From the NCBI GenBank assembly GCA_964372275.1, contig CAYJRR010000011.1:1-51887 (forward strand): a DNA stretch of 51,887 nucleotides. The letters are read 5' to 3'. The translations under genes and the position numbers were made by a program. Origin of the DNA: an uncultured bacterium. Lineage in GTDB: Bacteria > CAYJRR01. The notes below the pieces were generated by a model. That model did no database searches and was not told the DNA's origin. It was given only the letters and a program-made list of their open reading frames with translations. Positions 49,967 to 51,887 of this stretch are shown piece by piece (position 1 is the first letter of the stretch; every line of letters begins with the position of its first letter).

Positions 49967-50745
49967 CCTACGAAAACGTTCGTTACGCCGTGGAGGACCG
50001 GGCGGCGATCCTCACGGTCGACCGGCCGAAGGCGCTGAACGCGCTCAACGAGCGGACGCTCGACGAGATGCTCGACGCCATCCGCAAGGCGGCGAACGAT
50101 CCGGAGGCGGCGGGGCTGATCGTCACCGGCGGCGGGGAGAAGGCGTTCATCGCCGGGGCCGACATCACGGCGATGGCGACGATGGACGCCATCGCCGCCA
50201 AGGCGTTCGCCGACCGCGGTCACCACGTCGGCGAGGCGCTGGAGACGATCGGAAAGGTGGTGATCGCGGCGGTCAACGGTTTCGCCCTCGGAGGCGGCTG
50301 CGAGATGGCGCTCGCCTGCGACCTGATTCTGGCCAGCACCAAGGCGAAGTTCGGGCAGCCGGAGGTCAACCTGGGGGTGATCCCCGGATTCGGCGGCAGC
50401 CAGCGACTCCCGCGCCGGGTAGGCCTGGGGGCGGCGGGGAAGATGATCTACACCGGCGAGATGATCGACGCCGAGGAGGCGCTGCGCATCCGACTCGCCG
50501 ACGAGGTGGTGCCGCCGGAGGAGCTCCTCCCGCGCGCCAAATCGATCCTGGCGAAGATCGCCACCAAGGGGCCGGTGGCGGTCGCCAGCGCCAAAGAGCT
50601 GATGCGGCGCGGGGTGGCGATGAACCTCGGCGACGCGCTGTCGATGGAGGGGATCGCTTTCTCCCGTCTGTTCGCCACCGAAGACCAGAAGGAAGGGATG
50701 AAGGCGTTCCTGGAGAAGCGACCCCCCGTGTTCCGCAACCGATGA
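49963..50745 (+). CDS. crt: Enoyl-CoA hydratase (crotonase)
   Basis: AFIAGADI, NGFALGGGCE, FGQPE, PGFGG. Confidence 0.92.
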   Translation: MTYENVRYAVEDRAAILTVDRPKALNALNERTLDEMLDAIRKAANDPEAAGLIVTGGGEKAFIAGADITAMATMDAIAAKAFADRGHHVGEALETIGKVVIAAVNGFALGGGCEMALACDLILASTKAKFGQPEVNLGVIPGFGGSQRLPRRVGLGAAGKMIYTGEMIDAEEALRIRLADEVVPPEELLPRAKSILAKIATKGPVAVASAKELMRRGVAMNLGDALSMEGIAFSRLFATEDQKEGMKAFLEKRPPVFRNR

Positions 50746-51887
50746 CCCTATTCGACCTCTCGGAACAGCACCGCATGATCCGCGACCTGGCGCGCGACGT
50801 GGCGCGCGCGGAGATCGCCCCCGGCGCGGCGCAGCGCGACGCGGAGGGGGCGTTCCCGACCGACGTCGTCGCCAAGCTGGGGGAGCTCGGCTTCATGGGG
50901 ATCGCCGTTCCGACCGAATGGGGCGGGGCGGGGATGGACGTGCTCGCCTACATCCTGGCGCTGGAGGAGGTGGCCGTCGCCTGTGCCTCGACCGCGGTGA
51001 TCATGAGCGTCAACAACTCGCTCTACTGCGACCCGGTGCTGCGCCACGGCACCGACGAGCAAAAGCGCCGCTTCCTGACGCCGTTCGCGCGCGGGCAGCA
51101 GCTCGGCGCCTTCTGCCTCTCGGAGCCGGGATCGGGGAGCGACTCGGCGGCGATGGTGACGACGGCGACCCGGGTGAAGGATCGCTGGGTCCTGAACGGG
51201 ACGAAGTATTGGGTGACGAACGGCAACGAGGCCGACTGCGCCCTGATTTTTGCCCAGACCGACCGCGAGAAGCGCCACAAGGGGATCACCGCCTTCCTCG
51301 TCCCTCGAGATGCTCCGGGATACCGGGTGGGGAAGCTCGAGCACAAGCTGGGGATCGCCGCCTCCTCGACGGCCGAGATCCTGCTCGAGGAGTGTGCTCT
51401 CGCGGACAGCCATGTGCTCGGCCTACCCGGAGAGGGGTTCCGCATCGCGATGGGGACCCTCGACGGCGGCCGGATCGGGATCGCGGCCCAGGCGGTGGGG
51501 ATCGCCCGCGCCTCGCTCGAGGCCTCGGTCGCCTACTCCAAGGTGCGCACCGCGTTCGGAAAGCCGATCCACGAGCTGCAGGCGATCCAGTTCCTGCTCG
51601 CCGAGATGGCGACCCGCACCGACGCCGCGCGTCTGTTGACCTGGCGGGCGGCGTCGCTCAAGGACCGCGGGGGCCGCTACACCAAGGAGGCGGCGATGGC
51701 CAAGCTGTTCGCCTCCGAGGCGGCGATGTGGGTCGCCACCAAGGGGATCCAGGTGCACGGGGGCTACGGCTACACCAAGGAGTTCCCAGTGGAGCGGTTC
51801 TTCCGGGACGCGAAGATCACCGAGATCTACGAGGGGACCTCCGAGATCCAGAAGATCGTGATCGCGGGGAGCCTCATCAAGGAGTAG
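50742..51887 (+). CDS. Short-chain acyl-CoA (butyryl-CoA-type) dehydrogenase
   Basis: LSEPGSGSD, GTKYWVTNG, KLGI, GRIGIAAQ, QVHGGYGY, RDAKITEIYEGTSEIQ. Confidence 0.95.
   Translation: MTLFDLSEQHRMIRDLARDVARAEIAPGAAQRDAEGAFPTDVVAKLGELGFMGIAVPTEWGGAGMDVLAYILALEEVAVACASTAVIMSVNNSLYCDPVLRHGTDEQKRRFLTPFARGQQLGAFCLSEPGSGSDSAAMVTTATRVKDRWVLNGTKYWVTNGNEADCALIFAQTDREKRHKGITAFLVPRDAPGYRVGKLEHKLGIAASSTAEILLEECALADSHVLGLPGEGFRIAMGTLDGGRIGIAAQAVGIARASLEASVAYSKVRTAFGKPIHELQAIQFLLAEMATRTDAARLLTWRAASLKDRGGRYTKEAAMAKLFASEAAMWVATKGIQVHGGYGYTKEFPVERFFRDAKITEIYEGTSEIQKIVIAGSLIKE

Overview
Very GC-rich bacterial chromosome segment from a draft assembly. It has two 10-N gaps, both flanked by Illumina-adapter-like junk. 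Gene order points to a Myxococcota/Desulfobacterota-like ('Deltaproteobacteria') organism: tRNA-Met, tilS, ftsH, folP, cdaA, cdaR, glmM, pdxJ, acpS, nnr, tsaE, lysC, here interrupted by accessory genes (PHP metallohydrolase lipoprotein, a small exported protein, a beta-barrel-like protein, a NarL regulator and a liv ABC operon). The left end holds a >1580-aa FG-GAP beta-propeller lipoprotein that the ORF track misses. The right half holds tRNA-Ala(CGC), argE, a nucleotide-sugar dehydrogenase, a flippase-like protein, a Ser/Thr kinase, a decayed HNH gene, several lipoproteins, a ParB-like protein, PilZ, an MCE/Mla operon, a class III cyclase and a thiolase-hbd-crt-acyl-CoA dehydrogenase operon. 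No CRISPR array, rRNA, integrase or transposase was seen. Most notable observations: (1) propellers nested inside Ig-like domains; (2) two unlinked orphan exported proteins, each behind a sigma54 motif and each ending in G-V-x-R; (3) an AT-rich promoter/inverted-repeat patch inside folP; (4) an eroded AcpS; (5) many apparently leaderless genes. All calls are by eye; no searches were run.
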